A DNA stretch of 64,000 nt, from assembly GCF_902459465.1 (NCBI RefSeq), contig NC_047077.1, positions 1,054,001-1,118,000 of the forward strand. The letters are read 5' to 3'. The DNA is from Asterias rubens. Its lineage: Eukaryota. The notes under the pieces were generated by a model. The model searched no databases. It was not told where the DNA came from and worked only from the letters and a program-made list of their open reading frames with translations. The stretch's first letter is position 1. The number at the start of each line of letters is the position of its first letter. The position numbers were made by a program, and so were the translations under genes. Positions 37,536-50,579 of this stretch are shown here, in pieces.

Positions 37536-38307
37536 AGACAATGGAGACATTCAAATAATATTAGCATTTATGTGCTGACGGCGGCCCTTACTGCAGGGTT
37601 TTAACAATATTGCGAAATAATGACCGCAAACTTAAATGACCGAACGATTGACAACATGCAGCCGACACTCCGTAATACGCCTGTCCATCGCACAATTCTC
37701 ATTAAAGCCACATGAAAATAAATACCAGTTGATCGTCCCCTTCCTCATCCGTTTTGAGGCTTTATTTTATTAATATTTTGTTTTTAACTTCTTTTTACTT
37801 CACATTTTTATAAGACACACTCTCTGTAAAAGTAAACCTACTAAAATCGGTTAAGAACTTGTAACCAAATCAAGTAAGTGGTGACTTAAACTGAAGAATT
37901 TATGGAAGTGTAAATTAAAAAGCTTGGTGGCTAGCTTTGAAAAAAAAGAAAAAGAAAAGGCACTCATCCTCCTTTTCTTTGGGGAACCGAGACGATCAAC
38001 TGGTATTTTGTTTAACTTGGCCTTAGCAGCTGTTTTTACCAGCGGCAGGTGGAGCATGGATCCGGAGCGGGATGTTTCAAGGAAATTTATCTCAAACGAT
38101 TTTGATGTTTTAATTTGACACAAGTGCCCCGCTAAATAGCCGTTAAGATAATAGACTTAGCATATTCACAATCGCATTGACGGTTGTAGACACGCGAGCG
38201 ATGGCGAAAGTAACAGGGGTGTTCAAGGAGAACGAAGAATATTTCTTAAACCTTTTTTAATCGTTCGATTGAGTCCCCTAACCGTAATGTATACATTTAA
38301 AATTCCA

Positions 38308-38694
38308 TTCAAAGACACTGGACACTATTGGGTTTTTTTTATTGTCAAAGACCAGTCTTCTCATTTGGTGTATCTCAACATATGCATAAAATAACAAACC
38401 TGTAAAACTTGAACTCAATTGGTCGTCGAAGTTGGGAGATAACTATGAAAGAAAGAAAAAAAAAAAAAACCTTGTCTCACGAAGTTGTGTGCTTTCAGAT
38501 GCTCGTTTTCGAGACCTCAAATTCTAAATCTGAGGTCTCGAAATTCGTGGAAAATTTCTCCTTTCTAGAAAACTATGTTACTTCAGAGGGAGCCGTTTCC
38601 CACAATGTTTTAAACTATCAACAGCTTGTTACCAAGCAACGTTTTATGCTAATAATTATTTTGAGTAATTACCAATAGTGTCCACTGCCTTTCA
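38308..38694 (-). mobile_element. MITE family A, reverse orientation
   Basis: TIRs present, TSDs mutated to TTCA. Confidence 0.9.
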
Positions 38695-39517
38695 AAAGGT
38701 GGTCGCGTTTTTGTGATATTGCCGAATACTGGAGCAATTATGTCCATGCATTGAAGACTTATATCTAATAGGAATACACAATCTGAGAAGCGTTGCGGTG
38801 GTAACGCTTTTTTAAAATAAATGTTTTGGTTTAGCAAGTGATATTTATATTTGTCCATACTTTGAATGAAATGTTTCTCAAAATGCATCATACCATCCAA
38901 ATCGGCTGTACTTCACAACACGTTAGTTTCCAACAGCAAACAAAATAAAATAAAAAAATAAATAAAAATATGATCCACATACTTGAAGGCCAATCTTTTT
39001 TTTCCCCGGTGATCTTAAAGATTCCCCCCCCCTTTTTTTTATTTATTTCTTCTTGCTTTGAAGCTATAGGTCTACAGCTTCATTTATTCACCACCAACAA
39101 TTAATAACAAAACAAACGATAATACACCACTTTCACAAGAATAAAGTTATTCACACAAAACGCTATTGTTGAGAACAAATACAAAATAAATAAATAAAAT
39201 GTTTATGTATTTGTTGATTTATACGAAAAGTAATTTGCATTTATCGATTGTTATACATACCCTTTTCTACAAACCTATCTTACAACTGCCTTCCCTGCCG
39301 CGTCGGCATATCAAAAATACTCAAATACATGGTCGAATTGACCTTAAAATCTCAAACACTGTTTATAGTACAGGAAGTGGACCCCATTTTCAGCATTTAA
39401 TGCCATGCATTGCTTTCATCTGATTTAATTTGACCACGGGGTTAAATAGACAGAAGCTACGACGGCCCCAGTGTCTGTCGGGCGCTATCGCCCATGGTCG
39501 TTTATTATGCTATTCCG

Positions 39518-39531
39518 GTTGCCATCGTAAC
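39518..39531. promoter_or_regulatory. RFX X-box-like site
   Basis: GTTGCCATCGTAAC (12/14) in a locally CpG-rich patch. Confidence 0.35.
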
Positions 39532-40786
39532 CAAGCATTGTGACTACAGTGTACAAGGTCTCTACTCCCTACTATCTCTCGGTCAAAGTCACACTAAATG
39601 ATTCTCCCATCCACGAGGGATTCCTTTTATAAAGGAAAAACCAGAATAATTTGTATCTTGGTCTGCTGTTTATCCTTCCTTCGTTTTGCTTTTAGTTATG
39701 TCTTACTTATTTGTGTCTTTTTACTTTCGATTCTTCTCTGAGGGACAGTGGAATATATAGCAAGATAGTTCTCTAAATAACAAACTCTCCTAGCAAGTAT
39801 ATATACAGTGTTATAGCAAACCAATACTTTTAATTCTCCTTTTCTGAGATTTTTGTAGTGAGTTTAGATCTAACTCTATAGTGAAATTACCTTTATAAAT
39901 AAAAATACAGTTTTTATTTTGGTCTGCTATTTATCATATCTTCGAATTGCTTTGGGTTTTAATTTTCACTGCATGATTTTCCTTTTAAATCTCCTTGTTC
40001 GGATTTTGGTAGTGAGTTAAGGTGGTCACATAAACTGATTTTTTATTTATCATGGGTCTTCTTATTTAAACGAAAACCATGAATCTTTGGTTATTTGTCT
40101 ATTATTTTGCCCCTGCTTTTATTGATGTAATACGTTGTCTGCTTGAACTTCACTTTAATGTGATTTCATTTGTCTAATTGTCCATCAAACCGTTCCTCAG
40201 TCAGATGGGATTCCTTTTCTAAAAGATGATCTGGATTTTTTTTGGGAGAAAATGTTAGCATTTGCAAACAATGTACCAACCAAATGGACAGATGGTTAAC
40301 ACATGCAAAACATAGTTGACGGCCTGACGCGTCGACCATAGCAGAGTCTTTTTCACAGGCTATAGGAAACACAACAAACCTGAGATGGTAACTCATAAGC
40401 AGTGAAGTGAAGATACATGGATTTTGTTTTATTTTTTTTATTTTTTTAAATTTTAAATATAAACGTGTGGTTTAATTGAGACATAAAACAGCCGTCGGTT
40501 GAGACGAGGTGGCCATCTATAGAGAGACGTAGGCGTTTATGGCGACCGATTACCTGACGTTCAATGCTCTTGATATAGGGTATGCGTAAAGAGGGTTAAC
40601 TCACTGATGGGCTGATGAGGCTTGTAATGCCAATGATGTGACCTTTATATAAACCCCTCTTAATCAATTTATTGATAAGATCTACAATATGGTCAATTGG
40701 CTAGACCTCAGGCCTGCCAGTTTCTTCCTATATATTCTGAAGTCGTGTTTTGCGATCTTTTTTTTTTTTTTTCAAACAAGAACTAA

Positions 40787-41175
40787 TTAAAGGCAGTGTA
40801 CACTTGGAAATTACTCAAAAAAAGTTATTTAGCAGAAAACCTTACTTGGTAACGAGTAATGGGGAGAGGTTGATAGTATAAACCATTGTGAGAAACGGCT
40901 CCCTCTGAAGTAACGTAGTTTTCGAGGAAGAAATAATTTTTCCACGAATTTGATTTCGAGACCTAGCTCAGAGTTAGATTGTGAGGTCTCGAAATCAAGC
41001 ATCTGAAAGCACACAACTTCGGGTGTTTTTTTCTACATTATTATTATTTTGCAACTTTGACGACCAATTATTGAGCAACAAATGTTCACAGGTTTGTTAT
41101 TTGTATGTATATTATGTTGAGAAACACCAACTAGTCTTTTCTTTGACATTTGCCAATAGTGTCCAATGTCTTTGA
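40787..41175 (+). mobile_element. MITE family A, diverged
   Basis: TTAA-AGGCAGTGTACAC...GCCAATAGTGTCCAATGTCTTT. Confidence 0.9.
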
Positions 41176-41632
41176 GAAGGTCTCAAAGAAAAGTGCTATA
41201 ATTTTAAGATAATTTTTAGTTGTTCACACCCATGATTGATCACAGGGGTTGAGAGAGACACTCATCGTAAATTCAACTGAACGTTAGTCTTGTTGTATTT
41301 ATTTCCGTAACCTCGAGTTGATTGATGATGTAATTGTTTAATCGTGCAGAGCGGGCAAATTACACAGCTCCCAAACTTCCATCAGGTATTCATGATTCTA
41401 ATTCAGCACACCCATATTGAATAATTTATACTTCTACTGTACAATCAATTACAGATGCAAAGTATATCTTGGCTCTTATATATTTGTCTCTCTTTTCTTA
41501 TAGTGCTCTGTTTTATTTACTATTTCACTATTTTTACTACTTTACTGTCATAGGGATAGTTGTTAGTTAATACACTGATAAAGCTACTCTGTCTAAATAA
41601 ATACATAAACAAATATACATGATCTTCAACTA

Positions 41633-41950
41633 ATGTTAATAAATTCACAAACTCGAAAAAAATACAACTTGCATGTAATAGACATATTGAAGCAAATGAA
41701 AGGCACAACATTTGACAATACAGTTCCCTGCAAGTAAAGCAATCTATTGTTGGGCAAGATTGAAAATCTCCTCGATTGTGGAAACATTTCTCTATCAGTG
41801 TTGTGTTGAATGCAATTCTTAATATCTCCAGGATTGCAAAATATAAATGTTGACAACTCTGAAAGGGAATTGGAAAAGTTGAGGCGCACTTATAAGATAC
41901 TGTGCTATATCTATGGGTGCACCATGAATAGGCCACAATTCATGCGCTAG
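41633..41950 (+). pseudogene. Decayed reading frame (105 codons, 2 internal stops)
   Basis: MLINSQTRKKYNLHVIDILKQMKG...ERELEKLRRTYKILCYIYG; an antisense shadow ORF lies in the complementary frame. Confidence 0.3.
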
Positions 41951-43068
41951 CAGGCTGACTATCATAAAGAGTATGTGCGCTAAAACTATTTTGAATGAGA
42001 ACGTTTTGGGGGGTCATGCAATTAATAGATTGTGTAAAATATAACAATCTATCCAAACCGGGGTCTGTGCTTTAACTTATACTTTTTTAGAGGATATTTT
42101 GATAGATTTAGGAACTTTAAAGTAAAGCCTAAATCTATCAAAATCTCCTATAACTTTAAACATGGGAAGGGGAGGATAGCATCGTGGAAACTGGCAGCGA
42201 GTCGGCTCGGGAAAACACTTTTTTTTGTTTTTTTTCTAGGGTAATTAGCAAAAACGCAAAACGGCTGATCTGCGATAAATTGAAAAGAAAGAAGAAGTTT
42301 AGTGGTCTGGCAATATTGTGTCTTTTTGGTGTTTAAGAGGCTGGGAGACTATAAAATAGTTGTTGAGAATTCTTGAATATTTGGCATTTAGCATTGATTA
42401 CTATGGGAGTTTATTTGGTGTAGTGCAACCGTATAAAAACATGATTTAGAGGGGCTGCAACTAGATGACCAACACTTGACCCATGAGACGACCGGACACA
42501 TTTACGGACCCAAACGAGTTTGCTCTGCAGCAACGCAAAAGAAAGACACAAACAAGATTTGTTTTTGCCCGGTTAGTTATTCTATAAAATAACAAACGGT
42601 AATAACTTGCGTCCACTTTGGTTGAGCTTCAGAATCAACACCCTTTGCTTTGAACAATTATCAAGTAATATCTCCGGATGCACTTGCCATAATTCTATTC
42701 AATTTATTCTTAGATAGTCATCAGCACATTCATCGTTTTCTGTCCATTAAAACCTTTAATTCAGGCAAGATAACTATCAAGTTTTCTACACTCAGTCTGC
42801 TGTATTTCGCTATTCAACGAAATGTTTGATTGATCGTTAGTGGTACGGTCGTACTAATGGGTTTCCTTTATCTTTAGTTGTAGGTTACATTTTCCATCAG
42901 CCTATGTATCGGTGCAGTGTTGGTACAGTGCAAATAACAACGCGTGTGTTGTGAATGTGTTAAGGTGTTAAACACAAACGAAGCCATGGCACTTTTCTAT
43001 AAAGGTCAGGTCTGTCCTTACTCTGTGGGTTGGCGTAGTGGTATCATTCCTCGCTTTCAAGGACCCTG

Positions 43069-43198
43069 GGGTGGATTTCGCAAAGAGTTAAGACTGGTCT
43101 TATCTCGAGTTACGACGAGTCACTCGTCCTAACTTAGGACTAGCCTTGGGTTTTTAATATCTCCTAGGAATAATCCTAACTTATTGTGAAATCGACCC
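43069..43198. mobile_element. Harbinger/PIF-type MITE H2, intact, CTG TSD
   Basis: CTG|GGGTGGATTTCGCAA...TTGTGAAATCGACCC|CTG. Confidence 0.9.
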
Positions 43199-43437
43199 CT
43201 GGTTCAAATCCCGCCGGGGTACCCGTTGTGGGTTGGGTTTCAGACTGCGTGGGTTTTCCCTGGAATAGGTTCCTGTGGTTTTGCCTAACACCTTAAACTC
43301 CCTTTGTGTTCTCCCCATTAGTGCAGTGATTAAGTTCAACGGTTTTACAGTAATTGTCTTCACAACCAAAACAAATCATTCCCATGCAAATTTAACATCT
43401 ATTATATGTCGTTGCTGTAACCCGCTGCCAAAACATA

Positions 43438-43635
43438 GGATTCGAACTGCCTCTAGCTACCTGGCAGTCTCGGTAGTCTAGTTGGCAAGACACTGCTCTA
43501 TAATTGCAAGGGTCGTGGGTTTGAATCCCATCCGAGTAATATGCCTGTGATATTTTTTCACATGACTCGGGAATGTACTGAGTAATTTTCAGTGCTATAA
43601 CACAACGGTATATGGGACTAATAACAAAAATTTAT
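43438..43635 (+). mobile_element. tRNA-like repeat family S2
   Basis: A-box-like TAGTCTAGTTGG and B-box GGTTTGAATCC (43518); no acceptor stem, so not a tRNA gene. Confidence 0.75.
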
Positions 43636-44077
43636 ACAAAATAAATCAAGTCAAATAAAGATGAGCAGCAATACTTTAAACCTATATACCATTAATATAC
43701 GACAGCTCCCTTTTGTTATAAACTCAATAGTATTGAACTTTTTTATAAAAAATTTCAGAATTGGGAATGCAGAATATTTAAAACTGACAGCTTTCTGTGC
43801 CACCGTTGCAGAGATTGGGGAAGGTAAGATTCCAATATACTTTGTTTTTGGGGGCACATTGCTGTTCAAAATTCATTTGGTTATTTATGATGATGATTTA
43901 ATGTCAATTCTCAACCGGAAAGCCCATTTTAAAATACCTTTCAAAAAAATTATTTAAAAATACTGATTGTACAAAATCAGCGGTAAGTCACATTTACCGG
44001 GGAAAGTAAAGCATTTGTTCCCCTTTTTTTTCTTTTTTCAGGAGAAATTTTTACATTGGACATTATTTTTGTCATGT

Positions 44078-44462
44078 TTAAAGGCAGTGGACACTATTGG
44101 TAATTACTCAAAATAATTATTCGCGTAAAACCTTTCTTGGTGACGAGTAATGGGGAGAGGTTGACGGTATAAAACATTGTGAGAAATGGCTCCCTCTGAA
44201 GTGCCATAGTTTTCGAGAAAGAAGTAATATTCCACGAGTTTGATTTCGAGACCTCAAGTTTAGAACTTGAGGTCTCGAAATCAAGCATTTGAAAGCACAC
44301 AACTTCGTGTGACAAGGGTGTTTTTTTTTCATAGTTATCTCGCAAGTTCGATGACCGATTGAGCTCAAATTGTCACAGGTTTGTTATTTTATGTATAGGT
44401 TGAGATACACCAACTGTGAAGGCTAGTCTTTGACAATTACCAATAGTGTCCACTGCCTTTAA
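44078..44462 (+). mobile_element. MITE family A, intact
   Basis: Perfect 24-bp TIRs with TTAA TSD. Confidence 0.95.
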
Positions 44463-45162
44463 ACTGTCTCGCTTAATATACTCGTATAAAATTGTATAAA
44501 ATTGTGCGTAAGCTCTTCCGAAAACAGTTGATTGTCTTTGGTACAGGGCAATAAATATTTATTTTCACTGGCCAGTGGCTAGTCACATTTGCCGAAGTAC
44601 TGGGGAAAATGTTGCATGTGGTCTTTCAAACATCAATGTTGTGTGATTGTAGGCCTATCTTTAACAGTTCTCAACGAAAAGCTTGAATTCTAAGATTTCA
44701 ACGATTTTGTACGCTTGCCTTTTTTGTGAGTGTTCTTTTGTAAATTTATATTTTTTTAACAACTCATCGGGGAAACAACTGTTCTGTTTTGTGTTTTAAG
44801 TCAGCCATCAGAGAAACCACCCGCTTGCGCAAATAATATCTAAATTGGGACAACATGTATTTGCGAAACCACTTCTAAAGCTTCGATGGTTTTCTCTCAG
44901 CCATTTTGAAGGCTGCATCACGACAATGCAATGGTTTATTAAACAACTCAAATCCTTAGACTTGGAACCTCATTTTCACAAATACCCCAAAACAAGCCAC
45001 TTTCTTAGTGGCCTGCCGTTCAAGTGTTCGCGATCGATCCCAGAAAATCGATTCCCTGGGTAATTCTCTCCTTCGGGATCGTTTAATTGACGGTGTGCCC
45101 CTGGAATGAGGATAAAGGAAAGCTGACACTTTACACTGATCGTGCCCAGCGGTCTGCGGCGT

Positions 45163-45190
45163 TGATTGGTCCAATCACGGACCAATCACG
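45163..45190. promoter_or_regulatory. Cluster of three CCAAT boxes
   Basis: GATTGGTCCAATCACGGACCAATCAC; lies inside a short inverted-repeat-bounded segment, so it may be repeat-borne. Confidence 0.35.
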
Positions 45191-45967
45191 GACACGGATT
45201 GATCCAGGGGTTCGAAAATGCCCTTCCAGGGGTGTCCCTTTCTTGCAATCAATTTCTATGTCATTTTGGTTAATGCAAAACCGGAATGCAGTCATTTCAT
45301 TGGTGAACGTTTGAGTCTGGTCGAGTCAATTTACAAGATATGAAGTTAATTGACCTCAATAATCAATACATTGGCATGTGGTTTATTTTGTGTACCCTGG
45401 AGTGTCTAATTCTTTAGCTGGTACCCGCATCCTGTATACGCCTTGATAGTGTTATCCAAGTTGTAATGGTAGATGTTGTGAGCTTTGGACGGTTAAGAAC
45501 GAAATAGCCCATGCTGTTTTCAGAACGTCAATATACGCCATAGCCGCATCAATGCTCAAATATCAACATATGGCTGATGGTGGTGGACTTGACAGTAAAC
45601 AAATTTCGCAGCGTTGTCTATGAACATGTGGTCCGCTGGTCAAAATGCAAGTTATAACACCTATAGGATCAGTAATAATTATCTCCAAGCAGTCTAACTG
45701 GCTTGTTCCGTGTTAGAAGGCATAGAGCTAGGACTCAAAGCATCCCAGCCCTGTTTCATATGAAATAGTGACTAGTGAACAAGCTTTGTGAAATGACAAA
45801 TTAACTGGTCTGCTGGCCAGTTTAATTAAAATACAATAAAAGTGAAGGGCAAACCTTAGTATAATTATTGAGAACTTATTTAACATACGTATATTCAGAT
45901 CACAACAGAACAATTTATAAAGTTACTTAATTAAACTCTTCCATACAAATGAACTCAAACATCAAAC

Positions 45968-45991
45968 ATGGCGAGTTTGTGTGGCCTTCAA
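45968..45991 (+). CDS. Candidate first coding exon (MASLCGLQ|)
   Basis: AAACATGGCG start context followed by donor CAA|GTAAGT; downstream exons not established. Confidence 0.4.
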
Positions 45992-46851
45992 GTAAGTCTT
46001 TGCGTTTCTGAAATGGTTGCAAAGTATCGACTCTTTGCAACTCGAAGAAAAATAAATACTTTGTTTTCTCCACTGTTTACACACTGATCCAGGATCACTT
46101 TCCCTAAATGACCTTTCGAAGTTAACTGACATATTCTTATTCTATTTCTGCTATCGTATTTCATTTCTGTTGTTGTTATGCCCCGGTATGTTTACTCGTT
46201 CAAAAATATTCTCTAAACTAGGTGTTGTTTGTGAACAACCACAAAGCTGTTGTTCCGTGTTGTTTTGATTCGATTAAGTGCTTCAAAGCTTTATAGTTGT
46301 TCTGATTCCAAGATAGAAGACTATTGATCTTTGACAGGCCCCTTTTTACCTAAGTGTGCCTAAAAACCTCAACCTGGTCTTCATTCTGATACCAAATCCA
46401 AAGGAAAGTTTAAAACAGAAACAAAGTTCACCCTTGTCTAACCTTTAATGCCCAAAGGATTTATATTGAAGAGAAATTGAAAACCTTCATTGACAAGATG
46501 CTACAGTTGTCTGGCGCGGAGAGAAGGGTTCACAACTTGATACAAATACAAACATAGCCTCTCTCTAACAAACAAACAATCCTTGCGTCAGTCCCGTTTT
46601 TATTTCATACTGGTTGATTGCCAGACATTTCTCCTGAGACAAACAGCAAAGTCAGACAAATCTAAGGTCACCTTTGAGATAAAGGCATTCAGTGTTCAAA
46701 AAAAAAATAAAAAGAGAGAGAAAAAATAACAATCGATACTGTATACCTGGCCTCGGACAAAGAGACACACAACCAGCCCCCCCCCCCTTCCCCGGTAACC
46801 TGAAACCTCTGACGTAGTTTACCCAAATTTTGTTGCATTGAACAATTGGCA

Positions 46852-46865
46852 GTATCCATGGCAAC
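46852..46865. promoter_or_regulatory. RFX X-box-like site
   Basis: GTATCCATGGCAAC (12/14), followed by a possible donor GACAG|GTATAT. Confidence 0.4.
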
Positions 46866-47866
46866 GACAGGTATATAGTGCTTAAAAGACGGACGTGTCT
46901 ATGATAATGAAGTTGACGAAGTGGGGGTTTATCGTGTTAAGAGTTCCCTGGCGCCGTACTCCGTTGAATTCCTACATCGCAAAATGAATTTAGGTGTGCT
47001 TTAAAACCGATCTCTTCAAATGCACCTTGGACATTTGAAGCTCTTTTATTTTACTCCGAATGAAAAACAAAACCATGGTTTGTGGATTTCGCGGATATAG
47101 TCCCGTATTCTTAAATTAAAAGGGCAGTGTATATACCTTTGGTTTTTTGAACTGTTCGATTGTTTCAATGCTTTGTAAATTTTACAATAAAAATTTGAAA
47201 AATTTATTTATAAAGGTGGAAGCGTTTTGGGATATTACCCGGAAATTTGGAGTGGTTACGATCATGCAGGAAGAATAATCCGTTAATATTGGAACATACA
47301 ATCCGAAAATCGATTCATGCAAAAAAGTTTCTCAGATTGGAATGTTTTGGGAATCCGTCTCTCTAAAACTACATTCCTTTGAAGAGAACCGTTTCTTGAA
47401 ACACTATATACATTATCAATAGTTTCCATGTGTGCACGCAATGACAATAATTGATTCACATTTGTAGGCAGGGTACTTTCGGTTATTGTCAAAGACCAGA
47501 TCATCAAACCTGTGAACATTTGGGCTCAATTGGGCAATGAAGTTTGCAAGAAAATAAAGAAAGATTTGTGTGGTTTCCAATGAACTCGATTTCAATAGTT
47601 GTTCTTTTCAAAAGCCAGGTGAAAAATGGCAGTGTAAAGAAAAAGAAATCGCCACGATAGCAAAACAAATAATATTTTGAAGTCAGAAATGTCAATTTCA
47701 AATCAGAAGACCAAATAAAGGTATGACAATGGCGATTTTTAGAAATTACAAATATTCAATGATCTTTTTTTGTGTATACTCAGTGAAAATAACCTTTAAA
47801 ATGTGGATATATCAACTTAGATATTACATGTTATATTTGCGAAGCTATGTTTTAGTTATTCGTTTC

Positions 47867-48040
47867 CAGGCCTAATACTTCACCGAGGCAACGAAGCCGT
47901 TTGCCTCCATGCCCCCCGGCCATTGCCTTGATGCCCATTAAGTGCTCTGGTATAAAAGTACAATTTCCTCACAGAATGACCTTTACCGGGAAGAAAATGC
48001 CACGTGCCTTTGCCCCTTCAAACAACCGTAATATATAAAA
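47867..48040 (-). mobile_element. Family D repeat
   Basis: CAGGCCT end; collinear with 49318-49475. Confidence 0.8.
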
Positions 48041-48652
48041 GTAGAGAGACTTTTTTTGCGAAGCTTATATTGTAGGTATTCGTTTGTATCAGGAGGTAAA
48101 GTATTTAAAGTGATGGCACTTTGCACTCTTCCGAACTCTCAACGTATTCTTGGGGGAAAAAAGAAAATCGAATTCGAGCACTGCGACCTACTTTCCAGAG
48201 CACGCCCGGACTTGTGAAATTCAATGTTGAAACACACTCCATTTCCTTCGATTCAATGGTAACTGATAGACTCCGCTACTCCTAAATTAGATAAAAATAA
48301 TAATGTTCACTATCGGGCGCCCTACATAATAAACTATTAGAATGTTTCTTATTAGCATTTTATATCCAGGGTAGATAAAATGGAGTGCAGAGAGGAAATT
48401 GAATGAGAAAGAAGAAGTCCGGGCATGTCACAATTATTGTATAAGTGTGTCTGCTAAAGAGAAGTTTTTTACTTTTTTTCGATGAATTGTGTCTATGGTT
48501 GACACGTTTTGCGGAGTTGGACGTGTTCTAGATTAATTGACATTAATTTAATAGCTGCCATTGTTGTGGAAGACGTGGAGAGCGTAATCATTTCATGGTT
48601 ATGTTTTCCATACACATTTAGTTTTTATGTAATGATATATCGGCTATCATCA

Positions 48653-49108
48653 CAAGGCCGGACGGCTACTTTAAGGTGAGGGCTACACTTAAACGATCTG
48701 GGATATCGACCCAAGTCAACTTGCACTAAAGGGGCTCGTTGCCACCTACCCCTGGGGCTGAAACACTCTGTGGGAATCATCCACATAGGAACCACCTACT
48801 CATGGGGCTGAAACAGGGTTACCCTCTTCACAGTCTGTAAGGATGTAGGCATGGGTATCATCCACTGGGAGCCATCTACTCCTGGGGCTGAAACACTCCG
48901 TAAGGATGTAGGCATGGGTATCATCAACTGGGAGCCATCTACTCCTGGGGCTGAAACACTCCGTAAGGATGTAGGCATGGGTATCATCTTCTTTAGAAGC
49001 CATCTACTCCTGGGGCTGAAACAGGGTTACCCTCTTCACAGGCTGTAAGGATGTAGTCATGGGTATCATCCACTTTAGGAGCCTGGCTGGTAGAGCAGAA
49101 TGCAATAC
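48653..49108 (+). repeat. Family R dispersed repeat with internal 63/82-bp tandem amplification
   Basis: GGATGTAG recurs at 48841, 48904, 48967 and 49049. Confidence 0.9.
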
Positions 49109-49119
49109 CTTCCCAACTT

Positions 49120-49192
49120 TATACGAAGCAAGTATGAATAAGTGCTTTGCTCAAGGTCACAAGTGTCATGACCGGGATTCGAACCCACAGTC
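49120..49192 (-). mobile_element. SINE S1 head fragment
   Basis: Reverse complement of TGTGGGTTCGAATCCCGGTCATGACACTTGTGACCTTGAGCAAAGCACTT. Confidence 0.85.
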
Positions 49193-49317
49193 TACTCCTG
49201 CATTTTATAAAAGAATAGTTTTATTATAGGTGTACTGATTTAAATGTGTCTTGAACTTAAGGATCGGGCAATAGCGTACTCCAAAAGGGGAAGACCTGAA
49301 GGTTATCAATGGTATAC

Positions 49318-49475
49318 CAGGCCTGATCATTCACGAAAGCAACGAAGGCGATTGCCTCCATGCCCCCTGGTCATTGCCCTGGTGCCATTGAAATGCTCCA
49401 GTATATTTTACAATTTCCTCACAGGGTGCCATTTACCAGGGAGAAAATGCCTTGCCCTTTTCAAAACGAAGCAAC
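49318..49475 (-). mobile_element. Family D repeat
   Basis: CAGGCCTG end; collinear with the 47867 copy and inverted relative to 59876. Confidence 0.8.
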
Positions 49476-49659
49476 ATTCGTGTGGTATAATGTTAGCGAA
49501 ACTAAAAGGAATACCACTATTCGTGCGCATAGATACACTGTAATGCCTTAATGGACAAATTTATTTGTAGCAAATACAAGTATAATTGTGCTTCGGTAAT
49601 TACGCCTGCACTACAGTCACGAGCCCAGGTCCACAACACGCATTGATTCATTGTAATCT

Positions 49660-50042
49660 TTAAAGGAACGTTACAGAATTGGTAAGAAACAAAAATCGTG
49701 AAGATCACAGATTTACATAAAACTTACACGGTATAATGATGATGATAGTTGAAAACATCCCTTGAAATATTTCTGTCTGAAATGTCATATTTGATGAGAA
49801 ATAAATAATATAATTTCGCGTTTGGAGTTTATCGCTCAGTGAGCGTTTTATTCATTTTTGTTTTGGCATCGATGCAATGCAAAATGTGTAAACGGTTTTT
49901 CCCTATTTTCTCGCGACCCAGATGGCTGATCGATCTCAAACTTCTACAGGTTTGTCAGTTAATGTATATGGTGGATTACATAAAGTTCTACACTGTCAGC
50001 AACTTTTATGTTAGCAAAAACAATTATGTAATGTTCGTTTAA
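49660..50042. mobile_element. TTAA MITE (separate family)
   Basis: TTAA-AGGAACGTTACAGAATTG / CAATTATGTAATGTTCGT-TTAA. Confidence 0.85.
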
Positions 50043-50410
50043 TCAAGAGGCACGCTGCTGAATCGCTGATAACGTATTACCAATTATGAAGAATAACATA
50101 TCACGCGCACGTATAGCAACAGTTCGGAAAATCACGAGAGTTAAAATTAGCTGCCATTGCTTGTCGTACTCAGGCCTGTATGCTGTACGTTTTTGAAAGG
50201 GCAATGGAACCAAGTCATTTTGTTCTTGGTAAAGGGCACTCTGCAAAACAAAAATAGTCTGGCACCCTGCGTTGTAAAGATCTTTTTAAAACATTTTTGC
50301 TATTTGGTATTCAGAGAGTTTGACATAGATTTAGTAAAGTGATGTTCTTAGTAAAACAAATTTTAATTCTAATGTTTGTTTGTAGCTTCTTGGCACCTCT
50401 GAAAAACTGA

Positions 50411-50579
50411 GGCCCTTTTCGAAACTTCGGCTTTGGGTTCGGCCACAGGCTAGCTTTGCCCCGTGGTTGTTTTTACAATTGCGCGTGCTGTGCGTTTATA
50501 TGCGCTCAGTGCTTCAAACGAGAGGGCGGATCCTGAAGCCGAATCAAAAGCCGAGTAGCCGTGGTTTCGAAAATGGGCC
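50411..50579. mobile_element. Small MITE with GGCCC termini
   Basis: GGCCCTTTTCGAAAC / GTTTCGAAAATGGGCC; internal inverted TTCGGC/GCCGAA repeats. Confidence 0.8.

Noticed and set aside
37851-38123. 90-aa - strand ORF as a first coding exon
   Set aside because: No convincing donor, runs into a purine/pyrimidine tract, no recognisable homology
43455-43535. tRNA gene
   Set aside because: A/B boxes are present but there is no paired acceptor stem or proper anticodon arm, and a second diverged copy shows it is a repeat
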